A DNA stretch of 53,899 nt, filler included, from Stramenopiles sp. TOSAG23-6 (Eukaryota), in assembly GCA_900128565.1 (NCBI GenBank). It is 3 parts of 3 records of this genome, joined end to end, with 100 filler letters (N's around TTAATTAATTAA, not from the genome) between each part and the next. Parts side by side here need not be neighbours in the genome. Positions count along the whole stretch, not along the records: positions 36,060 to 53,899 come from LT636072.1; 2 more parts are not named here. The stretch is one strand, 5' to 3'. How positions within the stretch are numbered: position 1 is the stretch's first letter; each line of letters begins with the position of its first letter. Below are positions 43,261 to 53,844 of the stretch, one piece after another. A program made the translations under genes and the position numbers. A model generated the notes under the pieces. That model searched no databases, had not been told where the DNA came from, and saw only the letters and a list, made by a program, of their open reading frames with translations.

Positions 43261-44298
43261 TTACATCAGCACTAAATAACTTTTTTGAAATTGAATTTGT
43301 TTTTTTTTTCTGNTTACNTTTTNCNTTTTCTGGTTTCTTCTCCTGGGGACCTTTGTTGTACTGCTATTTTGTTGGTTTTGTTGTTGTCGCTTTTGTTGTT
43401 GTCGCTTTTGTTGTTGTTGCTTTTGTTGTTGTTGCTTTTGTTGTTGTTGCTTTTGTTGTTGTTGCCTTTGTTGTTGTTGCTTTTGTTGTTGTTGCCTTTG
43501 TTGTTGTTGCTTTTGTCTTACTGCTAACTCTTTAAGATGCATTTGTCTTGATGCTAACTCTTTAAGAGGATTGGGGGGCTCTTTAAGATGCATTTGTCTT
43601 AATGCTAACTCTTTAAGAGGATTGGGGTGCTCTTTAAGAGGATTGGGGGTCGTTTTTTTAATCGCAGTTTTAAACATTTTGACACCGGCAGCAGTTTTTT
43701 CCGTCAAGATTTCGTTTCTGTATTGTTTTGAATCTGGCGAGAATACTGGTGAATTTTGTGTCTTTCGTTTTAATTGAGTTTCAACAGATATAGGTTGTAA
43801 GGGAATTTCATCAGATTCTTCAAAGGCAGATAGAAAATTATCGAGAAGTAAACTTTCGAAGCCTGTCAGAGGATCACGATTATCAAAGTGCTCCGTCAAG
43901 ATTTCGTTTCCGTATTGTTTTGAATCTGGCGAGAATACTGGTGAATCGTATTGTTTTGAATCTGGGGAGAATACTGGTGAATCGTATTGTTTTGAATCTG
44001 GCGAGAATACTGGTGAATTTAGTGTCTTTTGTTTTAATTGAGTCCCAACAGATATAGGTTGTAAGGGAATTTCATTAATTTCTTCAATTGCAGATAGAAG
44101 ATTATCGAGGAGTAAACTTTGGAAGCCTGTCATGTGGGGGTGACGCTTATGAAAGAGTTCTTTAAAATATGTCATTTGATAATAATAATCGGCCGTAGCT
44201 TTTTGTAATTTGATATCTTCTCTGGAGTTCAACGCTGCAAAAGACTTTTGGAATAAGCCACACATGCATAGAAACAAAAAATACCTTAGGTTTAACAT
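43261..44298 (-). CDS. Secreted repetitive protein with poly(KQQQQ) tail (3' end uncertain because of Ns)
   Basis: Signal peptide MLNLRYFLFLCMCGLFQKSFA; SPVFSPDSKQY x4; duplicated TGF(Q/E)SLLLDN...EIPLQPISV block. Confidence 0.65.
   Translation of the reverse strand: MLNLRYFLFLCMCGLFQKSFAALNSREDIKLQKATADYYYQMTYFKELFHKRHPHMTGFQSLLLDNLLSAIEEINEIPLQPISVGTQLKQKTLNSPVFSPDSKQYDSPVFSPDSKQYDSPVFSPDSKQYGNEILTEHFDNRDPLTGFESLLLDNFLSAFEESDEIPLQPISVETQLKRKTQNSPVFSPDSKQYRNEILTEKTAAGVKMFKTAIKKTTPNPLKEHPNPLKELALRQMHLKEPPNPLKELASRQMHLKELAVRQKQQQQRQQQQKQQQQRQQQQKQQQQKQQQQKQQQQKRQQQKRQQQNQQNSSTTKVPRRRNQKXXXVXRKKKQIQFQKSYLVLM
43377..43515. repeat. 15-bp unit tandem repeat (TTTTGTTGTTGTTGC)n encoding (K/R)QQQQ
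   Basis: About 9 units directly visible. Confidence 0.9.
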
Positions 44299-44692
44299 AA
44301 TATCTTTCTGGAATTTGATACAGACGAGTCTAGTATTTAAAGTAAGAAAAAGCTGGACAAAAAATGGACCGTATACTAACTTAAGTCACTTAGCCCTAGT
44401 CAGTCAGTCTTCGTTTCGCGAATTTCGCGAATTCAATTCATCTTTGACCGACCGACCACACTGGCTTCATAATCATATTATCACTCATATTAACTTGTAC
44501 CATTATAGTATCCATTAATATACTGTACGCGTAGTAGCCGATAAGTAACTCTTCTTTCTGTGCGACGGCTATTAATGGTGTACATTTCATTGATATAGTC
44601 ATCATTGAACGCACTGGTATTGCTATTATCAAAAAAAACTTAACAATTACAAGTCTTGTCTTGTGTAAACAGGAGACCTAATTTTAGTTGTT

Positions 44693-45931
44693 ATGAAGCA
44701 GACTTCGTCACAAATGTCTGTGTGCAACACGTCTAGGAAGAATAATCAAACATGTATAGCTGATGCAGTCCAGACTATTGAAGCAGGTGGTCGCACTGTT
44801 TTCCCATATCCTTCGCAAGATATTGCTTCCGAGGTAGCTAAGATTGTGGGTGGCAAGTGCAAAGCAAGGGATGTGAATAATTTTGTTGTAGCCTCTCGGA
44901 ACTCCAGTAGAACAAAAGAAGGAAAGAAAAAAGCATTCTTTTACTATCTTCTCAACAAGCCACGGGGTGTTACTTCAATGAGAACTGCTCCTGGACAAAT
45001 AAAGCAACGATATCCTTCTTGTTATAATGTAATTCCAAATACATATCCTGCTGTTCCACATGTTGGTCGGTTAGACGTTGACACTGAAGGACTGTTATTA
45101 TTTACTGATGATGGTAAATTTCTTGATGGTATTTTAGGTGGTGCTCAAGATAATCTAGAAAAAAAAGTAGAAAAAGTATATCTAGTCAATGTCGTTATTC
45201 GAGATTGGTGGCCTCGTAAAAAATGCCGAGGTAAAATTCATAAGAAAGAAATTGTTGAGACAAAGTCAGAATTTGAAACAATCAAAAACTTTTCTCAAAG
45301 TGAAAATTATTTACACGAAAAATTCCTTGAAAACATGGCTTTACCGCTATATTATTCCGATGGTTCTTTTACTAGACCAGCAAAAGTAACTGATGTTTCC
45401 ATTGAAACAAATTCAAAGAAAGGTTTATATTCTCAATGGAAGTGTAACAATAACCCTAACCCTAATATAAAACCAAAAAAACGTCGTCGACTTGCAAAAA
45501 AAAATAAAAAAGTCACGACAGAAAAAAGTAATCGTGAATTAGGGTTAGGGTGTAGTGATGCAATTGGAATGGAGGATAGTAAAAATAGAGATAAAAATAG
45601 AGATAAAAATAGAGATAGTAGTAGAAAAAATCCTAACCCTACACCTAACAATGATTTGAATGATCAAACATTTTGGCTCACTGTTCAAATAAATCAAGGA
45701 AAAAACCGTCAAGTGAGAAAAATTTGTGCTCGGGCTAATTTAGAAGTATTGCGTTTAATTCGTGTTTCTGTAGGTCCAGTTTCTTTATTGAATTCGAACC
45801 CTAACCCTAATTTGAATATGAAGGGAAAATATAGTACTTGTAGATCTTTGACTGAAAGTGAATTGAAAGCATTATATAGTATTTGTTTGCCTCATTCTGA
45901 GGTTCCTGATATTTTACCACTTCATACATAA
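44693..45931 (+). CDS. Pseudouridine synthase, RsuA/RluB/E/F family
   Basis: YYLLNKPRGV, VGRLDVDTEGLLLFTDDG (catalytic D), EKVYLV, QGKNRQVRK, LRLIRVSVG. Confidence 0.9.
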   Translation: MKQTSSQMSVCNTSRKNNQTCIADAVQTIEAGGRTVFPYPSQDIASEVAKIVGGKCKARDVNNFVVASRNSSRTKEGKKKAFFYYLLNKPRGVTSMRTAPGQIKQRYPSCYNVIPNTYPAVPHVGRLDVDTEGLLLFTDDGKFLDGILGGAQDNLEKKVEKVYLVNVVIRDWWPRKKCRGKIHKKEIVETKSEFETIKNFSQSENYLHEKFLENMALPLYYSDGSFTRPAKVTDVSIETNSKKGLYSQWKCNNNPNPNIKPKKRRRLAKKNKKVTTEKSNRELGLGCSDAIGMEDSKNRDKNRDKNRDSSRKNPNPTPNNDLNDQTFWLTVQINQGKNRQVRKICARANLEVLRLIRVSVGPVSLLNSNPNPNLNMKGKYSTCRSLTESELKALYSICLPHSEVPDILPLHT

Positions 45932-46096
45932 ACTTGGATTTTTCGAATTTATTAATTTAGTACTTTGTCTATAATTTTCTATTTGATTGTATTTGATTTT
46001 GGAATAATATAACAGTTACATTTTTTTCTTTTTTTTTTTGAAGTTTCTTCCTTTTCATATATAAGTGTTACAGGGTCAGTGTGGCTATTTATAGGA

Positions 46097-48893
46097 ATGC
46101 CAGGTCCCGATAGAGGTGTACGTCTACATCTACCATATGATGCGACTCAGCGGAAGCCTTTTACATGGAGCCCTACTAGGCGCAAAAGACTGAACAAACG
46201 AGTTCAAAGAAGAAATAGAGAACTGGAAAATGGCTGGACAACACTTTCAATTCCACTAGAGACGCGTCCAAAGGCGGGAGATGAATGCTTTCCTCTTTTA
46301 CCAGTGCAGAAAAAACTTGTCACCACTAGTCTTGCAAAATATCCCCTACGTTTTCAAGGGAAAAATATAAAGAAGAAAAGGATTTCTTTCGGTAAAACAA
46401 AGTGGAAGGTATCCGTACCAAAAAAGAGACTACAACAAAATCAATGCCAAAAAACGGCAAAAACAAATAGAACAAAAATAGCCAGTAATACAAGCATGCA
46501 AACGATACATCAAATAAAGAAAAAACAACCCATTACATATAAATCGATCTCCTTGAGAAACTCGCCGAAAATTAACCCTAACCCTAACCCTAAAATTAAC
46601 TCCCTTTCAAAGAAAAAAGTAAATTCTTCAAAACTTCCATCTGACGTACAAGCTTATCAAGAGTTTCGAAGTTTGTATGATGGGATTTCGTGTTCAGGAA
46701 GGAATGAAAAGTCTAGAGTTCTCAAATTTGAAGTGTATAAACAAATTGTCATTCGCGAGGGTTATTTAGATAGATTTAGAACTCTTATTGTTGAGTTTAA
46801 AGAAAAAGAATTGGGAACTGGAATAGTAACAGCAACCTCAAAAGTTCAACATGTCTATGATTTGTTAATTGGGTTGCGTACTTCTACTTTTGCTGTAGTC
46901 GAAGCAATTGATAAATGGCAAAAGAGCTTACCTATATTAGAACCATTTATGTGGGGAAATTCAAACTATTTGTGTAAAATTTGGACAGATTTAGATTTTT
47001 TATCAAATGAACCTAGAAGTTTATTATCACGTCTAGGTATTGTAACCAAAAATAATAATAATGAAGATCTTGATATTTTACGTGGAAATCCATTTTTAAT
47101 TCAAGGGTATGCAATTCAATTAATACAACCAGAGTATGTTTGGTTTATGCCATTTTTACCAATCAAATGGGATCTAAGACGAGTTTTGTTTTCAATTCGT
47201 GTCATAGTACAAGAAATGGAATTAACTCAAACCCTAACCCTACAAAAAAAAAGTAATGGAGATAAATTCATTGTGTCAACGAATGATCATATGAATACGT
47301 TTGATAACATAAAAACAAAAAACACTACAAATCGACCGAAATCTGCTGTATCAAGAAACATAGTTGCAAATAGTTTTAGTATTCCTCAGAGAAATCAGAT
47401 ACGCCCGGTGACTGCAGGAACGCGTAGACACTTCAAGAAATCTTTATTACATCGACAAAAAAGAAAGAAAAATAAAGAAGAAATAGAGATGAAAGTTGAT
47501 ACAAAAAGGGATAATAAAGTGCTAATTTCTCAATACCCTAAAAGCCGTTGGATGAAAATTCGTTTTATAAGAGAGGTTGCATTAGGTTTACAACCTTTAT
47601 TGGTGCTCCGGTCACATTTACGGAGGCATCAAAAATTACTGGATACTCAAAAAGCAAAAATTGATCGTGAAGCTATACGAAAAACTTTGGCAGAACAAAG
47701 TCAGAAATGGAAAAGATCTCAAATTATTGATAGTAAGAAAGCAGTTATAAATAATTATAATAATGGTGTTGTGCACATTGGTGGGAATCTTCCTTCAATT
47801 AAGGAAGTTATTAATGAAGACAATGATAATCAAACAAAACAAAAATTTCATTCCTCTGTTGATGATACCATCCAATCGGTAGAATTCATTGGATCTCCAG
47901 CATTGTTATTAGGACAACTACAAATATTGGGTTCTTTTGATAAAATTCCAGAACCAATCAGTAGAGTTCTTCTAGCCACTATCGTATTAGTATTACCCGA
48001 ACAGAAAAAAACTCTTCCAGCAGTAAAACTCGATTGGGCTCTTTCAATTCAGCCACACCTTAAAAAGCAAAATGCAAGAAATTTCGTCGAAAAAATTATA
48101 AGTTTTGATGTTTCGAGTGTAAACCCTACAAAGATAAAGAAATCATTGGACATTTTAGTTGCATTATTTCCACATGTCAACTCATCCGAAAAAAATCGAG
48201 AACTAGAGATGGCTAAAGTAAAGGCATCTCTAAACAAGAATCATTACCCCGCTGCAGTGAAACTATTTGAATGGATTTGTTCTCNTTTANCCTCACNTTT
48301 TTGNANTTTTANAANAAAATAATGATACAGAATGTTCATCATCAATTGAAAGTTTTGATAGGAATTGTAATACTCCAAAAACAAAAAAGACAAATGATAA
48401 GAGAACCTTGCGACAAATTCCTACTGATAAAGCAAACAATCAATCAAATACATTTGTATTCCAGCAAGTAACAGTAATTGATTCTGAACTTTATTATATT
48501 ACTTGTGTTGGTATGCAACCTTATTATTCTGGTAGTGTTTTAATCAAAGCATATAGTCCGAAATTTTCGCGGGAGCTTCGTTGTCTCGTCTCGTCTTCTG
48601 ATATGATGCTAGTACAACAAGCAGCTTTTGAAACATTACTTGCTATGCGAGGTGACCAATGGTTGCACACAAATTGGCGACCAAAGAGTGATGTACAAGA
48701 AGAAAAACGTTTGGCAGATGCAAGGTCGCTTGTAGGTGGGAAAGAAGGTGGGTGGATTTCTGCCTCTGATAAGGAACGAGAGCAAATATGTCGTTTGCTT
48801 ATTGCTGCTTTACAAATTGACGAGACTAGAAGACTAAAAGATGGTGGTGTTTCATATATTCTTATTGTTGTACCACCATCAGTAAATAAATAA
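46097..48893 (+). CDS. Large basic hypothetical protein; two ORFs probably joined across the N-rich stretch at ~48284-48315
   Basis: 747-aa and 208-aa ORFs overlap only in low-quality sequence. Confidence 0.55.
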
Positions 48894-48925
48894 AGATAAT
48901 TTGAAATAATGCTTTTTATATGCAT

Positions 48926-49489
48926 TTATCTAGCACGCAAAGGTGGCAATGATGGATACAAAGACTTCTCTTTCGAAATGGGTGTTTTTTTTGTAGAGTT
49001 TTCTTCAACATTTGCCTTTGATACATCCTGTGTTTCTGCAGAATTTTCAGCATCTAATATTTTTTCTTTTGATTTTGAAAGATATAATTCACTCTTGCCT
49101 TTAGCAGATGGGAGTGAGAGTAATAATTTCCGCGCACGTTCTTTTGCGTCTTGAATATTTGTCTTTTCTTCATCACTTCTTTCGCCAGGACTTTTCTTAG
49201 TGATTAACTTTATTATATCCAGAAGTTCAGTTGCAAGCTTACTTGGGGGTACTTTAAAGTGTGTACTTATAGTTAAGATGGCATCGGAATAATACTTTAC
49301 TTCAATTTGTCTTTCATAGGTACCATCAAGTTTATCAAGTTCATCGAGATCCTTCGTAAACCGATCACCAAATAACAGTGCTTCGCACTCCTCAACTGAC
49401 TTACCATGTACCTCGTCTGGATCAGGACGACCATCCCCTGTGCTACTTGTAGACACATCTTTGTCGTCACAGTCGCACAAATTACCCAT
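48926..49489 (-). CDS. Hypothetical protein with predicted N-myristoylation/palmitoylation (MGNLCDC)
   Basis: 187-aa ATG ORF; MG-x-x-C N-terminus. Confidence 0.65.
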   Translation of the reverse strand: MGNLCDCDDKDVSTSSTGDGRPDPDEVHGKSVEECEALLFGDRFTKDLDELDKLDGTYERQIEVKYYSDAILTISTHFKVPPSKLATELLDIIKLITKKSPGERSDEEKTNIQDAKERARKLLLSLPSAKGKSELYLSKSKEKILDAENSAETQDVSKANVEENSTKKTPISKEKSLYPSLPPLRAR

Positions 49490-49666
49490 TGAAAAATGGA
49501 AAGATAAAGCTCAAAACAATAAAAAAGTAATTTGACTTGGCTTCAAAGGCACTAGTCAAGCCAAGGAAGATATCAAAGAAAGATATTCTCCTACAGTTAC
49601 ACGCACGTAGGCCGATATATATTCCTACATAGTACCTCACAACGTATTTAAGAAAAGACACACACA

Positions 49667-50344
49667 ATGGGTACTGCAATATCATCTGTGAAGCCATGCG
49701 AGCCATTCGAGGGATTTGAGGGTTACAATATGGCTGATTTACTCGACTTGATTAATCGATTTTATGAATGTGATATTCCATATGCTTTAAATGCACAACA
49801 GCTCCAAGGTTTTTTAAGAATGCCTGGTAAATCTGGCTCTCAAAAGTGTCATAATATAGTAAAAGCATTACAGCAAGATAAATCATGTGATCATGTCAAT
49901 ATAATGATGATAATATGCGGCGCTGCGCTGTGCTTGCGTAGTAGTGTACATTCTAAAATATCCCTAGTATTTGATGCTTTTGATTTTTGTCGCGGAGATC
50001 TCTCCTCAGAAATGGCGAGAGAAAAAAGTTTGTCATTTGATGAACTCACAGTTGCGTTTTATGCCGCAATTTGTGGTTTATCACACTTTTCAGATAAAGA
50101 TGTTTTCCCTGATGTATGCCTTATACAACATCAAACAGAATCTGTTTTTAGATATACGAATACCTCGCGAAATGGTAGATTGAAAGTTTTGGATGTATCC
50201 CGTTGGTTGTCAGAAGAGCTATTACCAAAGTTAAAAAGTTTCAGTGAAAGTGATAAAGAAACAGAAGATTTCCAATTCAATGACAACCGAGAAGCTCATA
50301 ACGATAAGAGAACTAGAGCATTTTTACTTCAATTTGGTATATAA
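49667..50344 (+). CDS. Myristoylated EF-hand protein (calcineurin B/recoverin-like, degenerate)
   Basis: MGTAISS N-terminus; KISLVFDAFDF...LSFDEL; TNTSRNGRL. Confidence 0.65.
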   Translation: MGTAISSVKPCEPFEGFEGYNMADLLDLINRFYECDIPYALNAQQLQGFLRMPGKSGSQKCHNIVKALQQDKSCDHVNIMMIICGAALCLRSSVHSKISLVFDAFDFCRGDLSSEMAREKSLSFDELTVAFYAAICGLSHFSDKDVFPDVCLIQHQTESVFRYTNTSRNGRLKVLDVSRWLSEELLPKLKSFSESDKETEDFQFNDNREAHNDKRTRAFLLQFGI

Positions 50345-50434
50345 TGCAAAAATATTTCAAAAGAAGCGCTTCAAGAAAAAAAAGATATTCATTATTTATT
50401 GTTTACATTTATTGAGAATTAGGATTACTTACAC

Positions 50435-52835
50435 CTAAAAAAGTGCATCCTTTGTTTGTTCGAGATTCGTATCGACAAATAAATCTCTTCCGTGAAGCAT
50501 TATACACAGCGCAGAAACATCGAGGTTTGTGAAAGTCTTTTTCCAGTGCTCACAAAGAGTCTCTATCTTCTGTTGCTCTTTTGGAATGGACCTAAATTTT
50601 TCTAATAGAAGCTGATCAAGTTTCTTCTGCAGCCAGTCTACATATAAAATAGATTCCTTTTTTTCTGATTGCCAGACACATTTTAATAATCTTCTTTCTT
50701 GAACATTAGCACCATGCCAAATCCAGCGTCGGTTTTTGTCGCGGTTACCTTGACATGTAATTTCCTGTGATAAATATTTTTCCAGCGCAAAGCCTCTTTT
50801 TTCAAGTTGGAGTCTATATTTTGGGGAAATATGTTTTACAGTTTGAAAAGCATTAGGTACGAAATTTGGTTAAAAAAAAATAAATTTGAAATGAATGATG
50901 AAAATATACATAATCCTTTGACGTTCTTTCATAGACACTGTAAATTTAGGTCCTGGTGCACTTGGCCAGTATTGAATGCCAGGGACAGCCTTATAAGCTG
51001 ACACTTTTGCCTTAGTTGCGGCATGTGCTGAAGTGACTGCAATAAATGCAGCTAATTTACTCACCGCTGCCGCTTTCGAAGGCCTTCCTCCACCTCGACG
51101 CCTCGCTCTCAGTAAAATACGTTCACGTTGTCGTATTTGATTTACTTGCATTATACATGAATCTAAGTAACTCGATGAGTTATTTCGAAAATTCTTCTTG
51201 AGACGATTCATCTTCTGAGTAGTTTTCGAATTAGACGAATTTTCATTGTTTTTGGTATGTTTAGTCGGTGGGAAAATATCTTCACCCTCGCCAACAAATC
51301 CATGAACTTTTCGAAGATGCTGTAAATACGACACATACACATGTATTTTGGAAAAATATTTCAAAAAACAATTCGTTAGGTACAAAATTTCGTACAAAAA
51401 AATCATACAAAAAAAAAAAATAAAACATTCATGTAATTCTAAATTTCGTATTTCGTTCTTAGAAAAACCAAGCTCATTAAAAAAACCTTTGCTTCCCTTG
51501 ATAATTTTAGATTTTTGTGGATTGTCTTCAAAGTAATGTGAATTTTTCACATTTAACCCAATTTGCGAACTTTTCGAGCAATGAAAACTTTGATTTGACA
51601 AACTGTCTAAAGATGTTTGATCATCAGATATACTAATACTAGAATAATCACTTTTGTTTGTTTTCTTCAATTTCCTCTTATCTCTTAATGCTTTTGTAGC
51701 GTCTCTCATACTACCAAAGTGTTTCGATGAAGCGAGTAGTTTTTGTAACATTTCTTCCATTACATCGCAACGATGACAAGAGTGTAGGTGATAAATTCGC
51801 ATTGATGCGAGCATTTTGAACATTTCTTTATCTCGTTTTTTCTTATCTGCCATTGAAATTTTCCAATTATTCGACGACAAAACATCATCAGACAAAACAT
51901 TTTCTTCCAATCTTTTAGATTGGAATTGTTCTTTTGGTGTAATGCCTGAACTTCTATTTGTACTATTATCATGCTTGTTAGTCTTTCTACATTGAAGAAT
52001 TTTAGGTGCTACAAGTTCAACGCACATTTCNTTACNAATANTTTTTTNGGGATANANTTTCTATCACCTTTCGTTTCCTTGCGTTTTCAGCATCCCGAGG
52101 TAAATCTTTTAATTGTTCCTGTAACTTTCTAAGTTCAATTGCAGCTTCAAGTCTAGTGTGAATAGAATATGCTTTAGATGTCATGTGATAATCAATTGGC
52201 TTGAGGAAAACACCTTGTTGTAGTGCCTTTATTTTAATTAGGTCTTCGGTTGTACTTTCAGAAGATTCTATATTACTCGTAGGGTTAGGGCTTTCAGCTT
52301 TAAAACAAGAGTGGATTTTAATTAAAGTTTTTTCATCATCAACAAAAATTCTATGAGAAATAATCGAACGAGGAGTATTGTTTTGATCATTGGCTTTGAT
52401 AAATCTTTCCATGATAATTGCATTTTTTTTTACGGGCTTCTTTATTTTACATGAATTCGTCCTATATTCCTGATATTTCCTAAATTCACTAAGAAAATGT
52501 ACCGAATCTTTCGTTACTGGAAGAACAACCATATCTCCAGGTTTCAAACGTTTTCGAAGGGATTGAGGAAGAAATCGTTTTGTACTTTTCAGGTAGGCAA
52601 AATAATCTGAAGAGGTATTTTTGTGAGTTTTAACACTTTTGTTTAGTTTCTTTTTAATGTTACTACTACTGGGAGCATATATGCGATATGTGCGTGCTAA
52701 ATGTACACCACTTACACCAGAACTAGTGCGGTTTAAATGGCGAATACCTACTGCTGCTAACTCAATTTGTGCTTGTTGAAGTGTTCCAACGAAAACCTTT
52801 TTCTTCTTCTTTGGCGATGAAGCTAGTTGGGGCAT
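50435..52835 (-). CDS. Large basic hypothetical protein (introns 51341-51430, 50814-50909; N-rich gap ~52031-52056)
   Basis: Last exon 50813-50435 is open (LQLEKRGFALEKY...KDALF*) in the phase set by intron removal. Confidence 0.6.
50814..50909 (-). other. Family intron with canonical ends, GT...AG, 96 nt
   Basis: ATTAT|GTATATTTTC...AAATTTCGTACCTAAT...CATATTTCCCCAAAATATAG|ACTCC; phase 2. Confidence 0.85.
51341..51430 (-). other. Non-canonical family intron, GA...AT, 90 nt (3n, stop-free)
   Basis: TTACAT|GAATGTTTTA...GTACGAAATTTTGTACCTAAC...GAAATATTTTTCCAAAATACAT|GTGTAT. Confidence 0.75.
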
Positions 52836-53113
52836 AGCTACTCTTTATTGATATTCATTGAGTTCCCCTCATGTCTATTATATTCGGAGAACTATAAACA
52901 TAAATTTATTGGATAAGCTATATTAAAAGAGGTATATCAATCAATCACCTTTTTGTATCTTTTCTTCGTCATCATCACAGTTACAATATTCGACTATTGG
53001 AGAAAAAATGGATTTCGTGTTTTTATTGCACAAATGTATCCAAAATGACATTGTATTCGTTTTCATTGATATAATATAAATATATATAGCTACTAATAAT
53101 ACATCGAAAAAAA

Positions 53114-53844
53114 TTAAATACCAAGCATCTGTTTGCGAAGCATTTCTTGTCTTTTTCTCTCTGCTTCAGCTCTAGCAGTTCTCTCAGCTTTTGCAAGCGC
53201 TTTGATACGTTTCAATTCAGTCTGAATTTCCTTCTTTTTTTTGGCTAATTTTTTATTTATCTCATCTTTAAACACTTTGTAATAATATTTACGAAATTCA
53301 TGTCTTGCTTTAAGCTCAAGCTCTTGTTTTCTCTTACGCGTATTTTCGAAATCATCCGCTGCCATGACAATTTTCTTGTTTCTGTACCTAACTTCTTGTT
53401 CGGGTAATTCTCTTAAAAACTTGTACTCAGACATCTCATCTCCACAATAATGTAAAAAGTCTTGTTTTGAGCCGGTAAGACTATTTGGAAATTCAGTATT
53501 TGTAGATCTTTGTTGGATTTTGTTTACTCTCCAATTACCATCAAATCTATATCTATTGTCATCATATACAAGACTACCTAGACCATGTCGTTTCCCATAT
53601 TTAAAATAACCTTGGTATGTATTGTGAAAAAATATTTTTTTAAATTTGTTAGGTACGAAATTTCGTATGAAAAAAAAATGAATTCGAAATTGAAAAAAAA
53701 TAAAACATACATATCCATTCTGCTCCGGCCCCTCGAAATAATTTTCTAGGTAATTTACCAGCTGTAATTGCATCTAGTCGACGCTGTTTTATTTCAGCTT
53801 GACGAATTTGTTCTTTTTCAACAAGCTCTTTTTTTGTACGAAAT
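53114..53844 (-). CDS. MORN-repeat/coiled-coil protein, C-terminal part (exons 53844-53711, 53616-53114)
   Basis: Spliced FRTKKELVEKEQ...RGAGAEWI-YQGYFKYGKRHGLGSLVYDDNRYRFDGNW (MORN motif). Confidence 0.75.
53617..53710 (-). other. Non-canonical family intron, GT...AT, 94 nt
   Basis: GGATAT|GTATGTTTTA...CATACGAAATTTCGTACCTAAC...AATATTTTTTCACAATACAT|ACCAAG; phase 1. Confidence 0.87.

Noticed and set aside
43911-44017. 36-bp repeats as a CRISPR array
   Set aside because: Head-to-tail coding repeats with no spacers, in a eukaryotic gene.
48284-48315. Frameshifts or hidden introns at N-rich patches (also ~43311-43324 and ~52031-52056)
   Set aside because: Low-quality consensus; cannot be interpreted.
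53114-53773. 219-aa ORF as the real protein
   Set aside because: Its N-terminal part reads through a family intron in the wrong upstream frame; the spliced frame gives a coherent coiled-coil/MORN protein.
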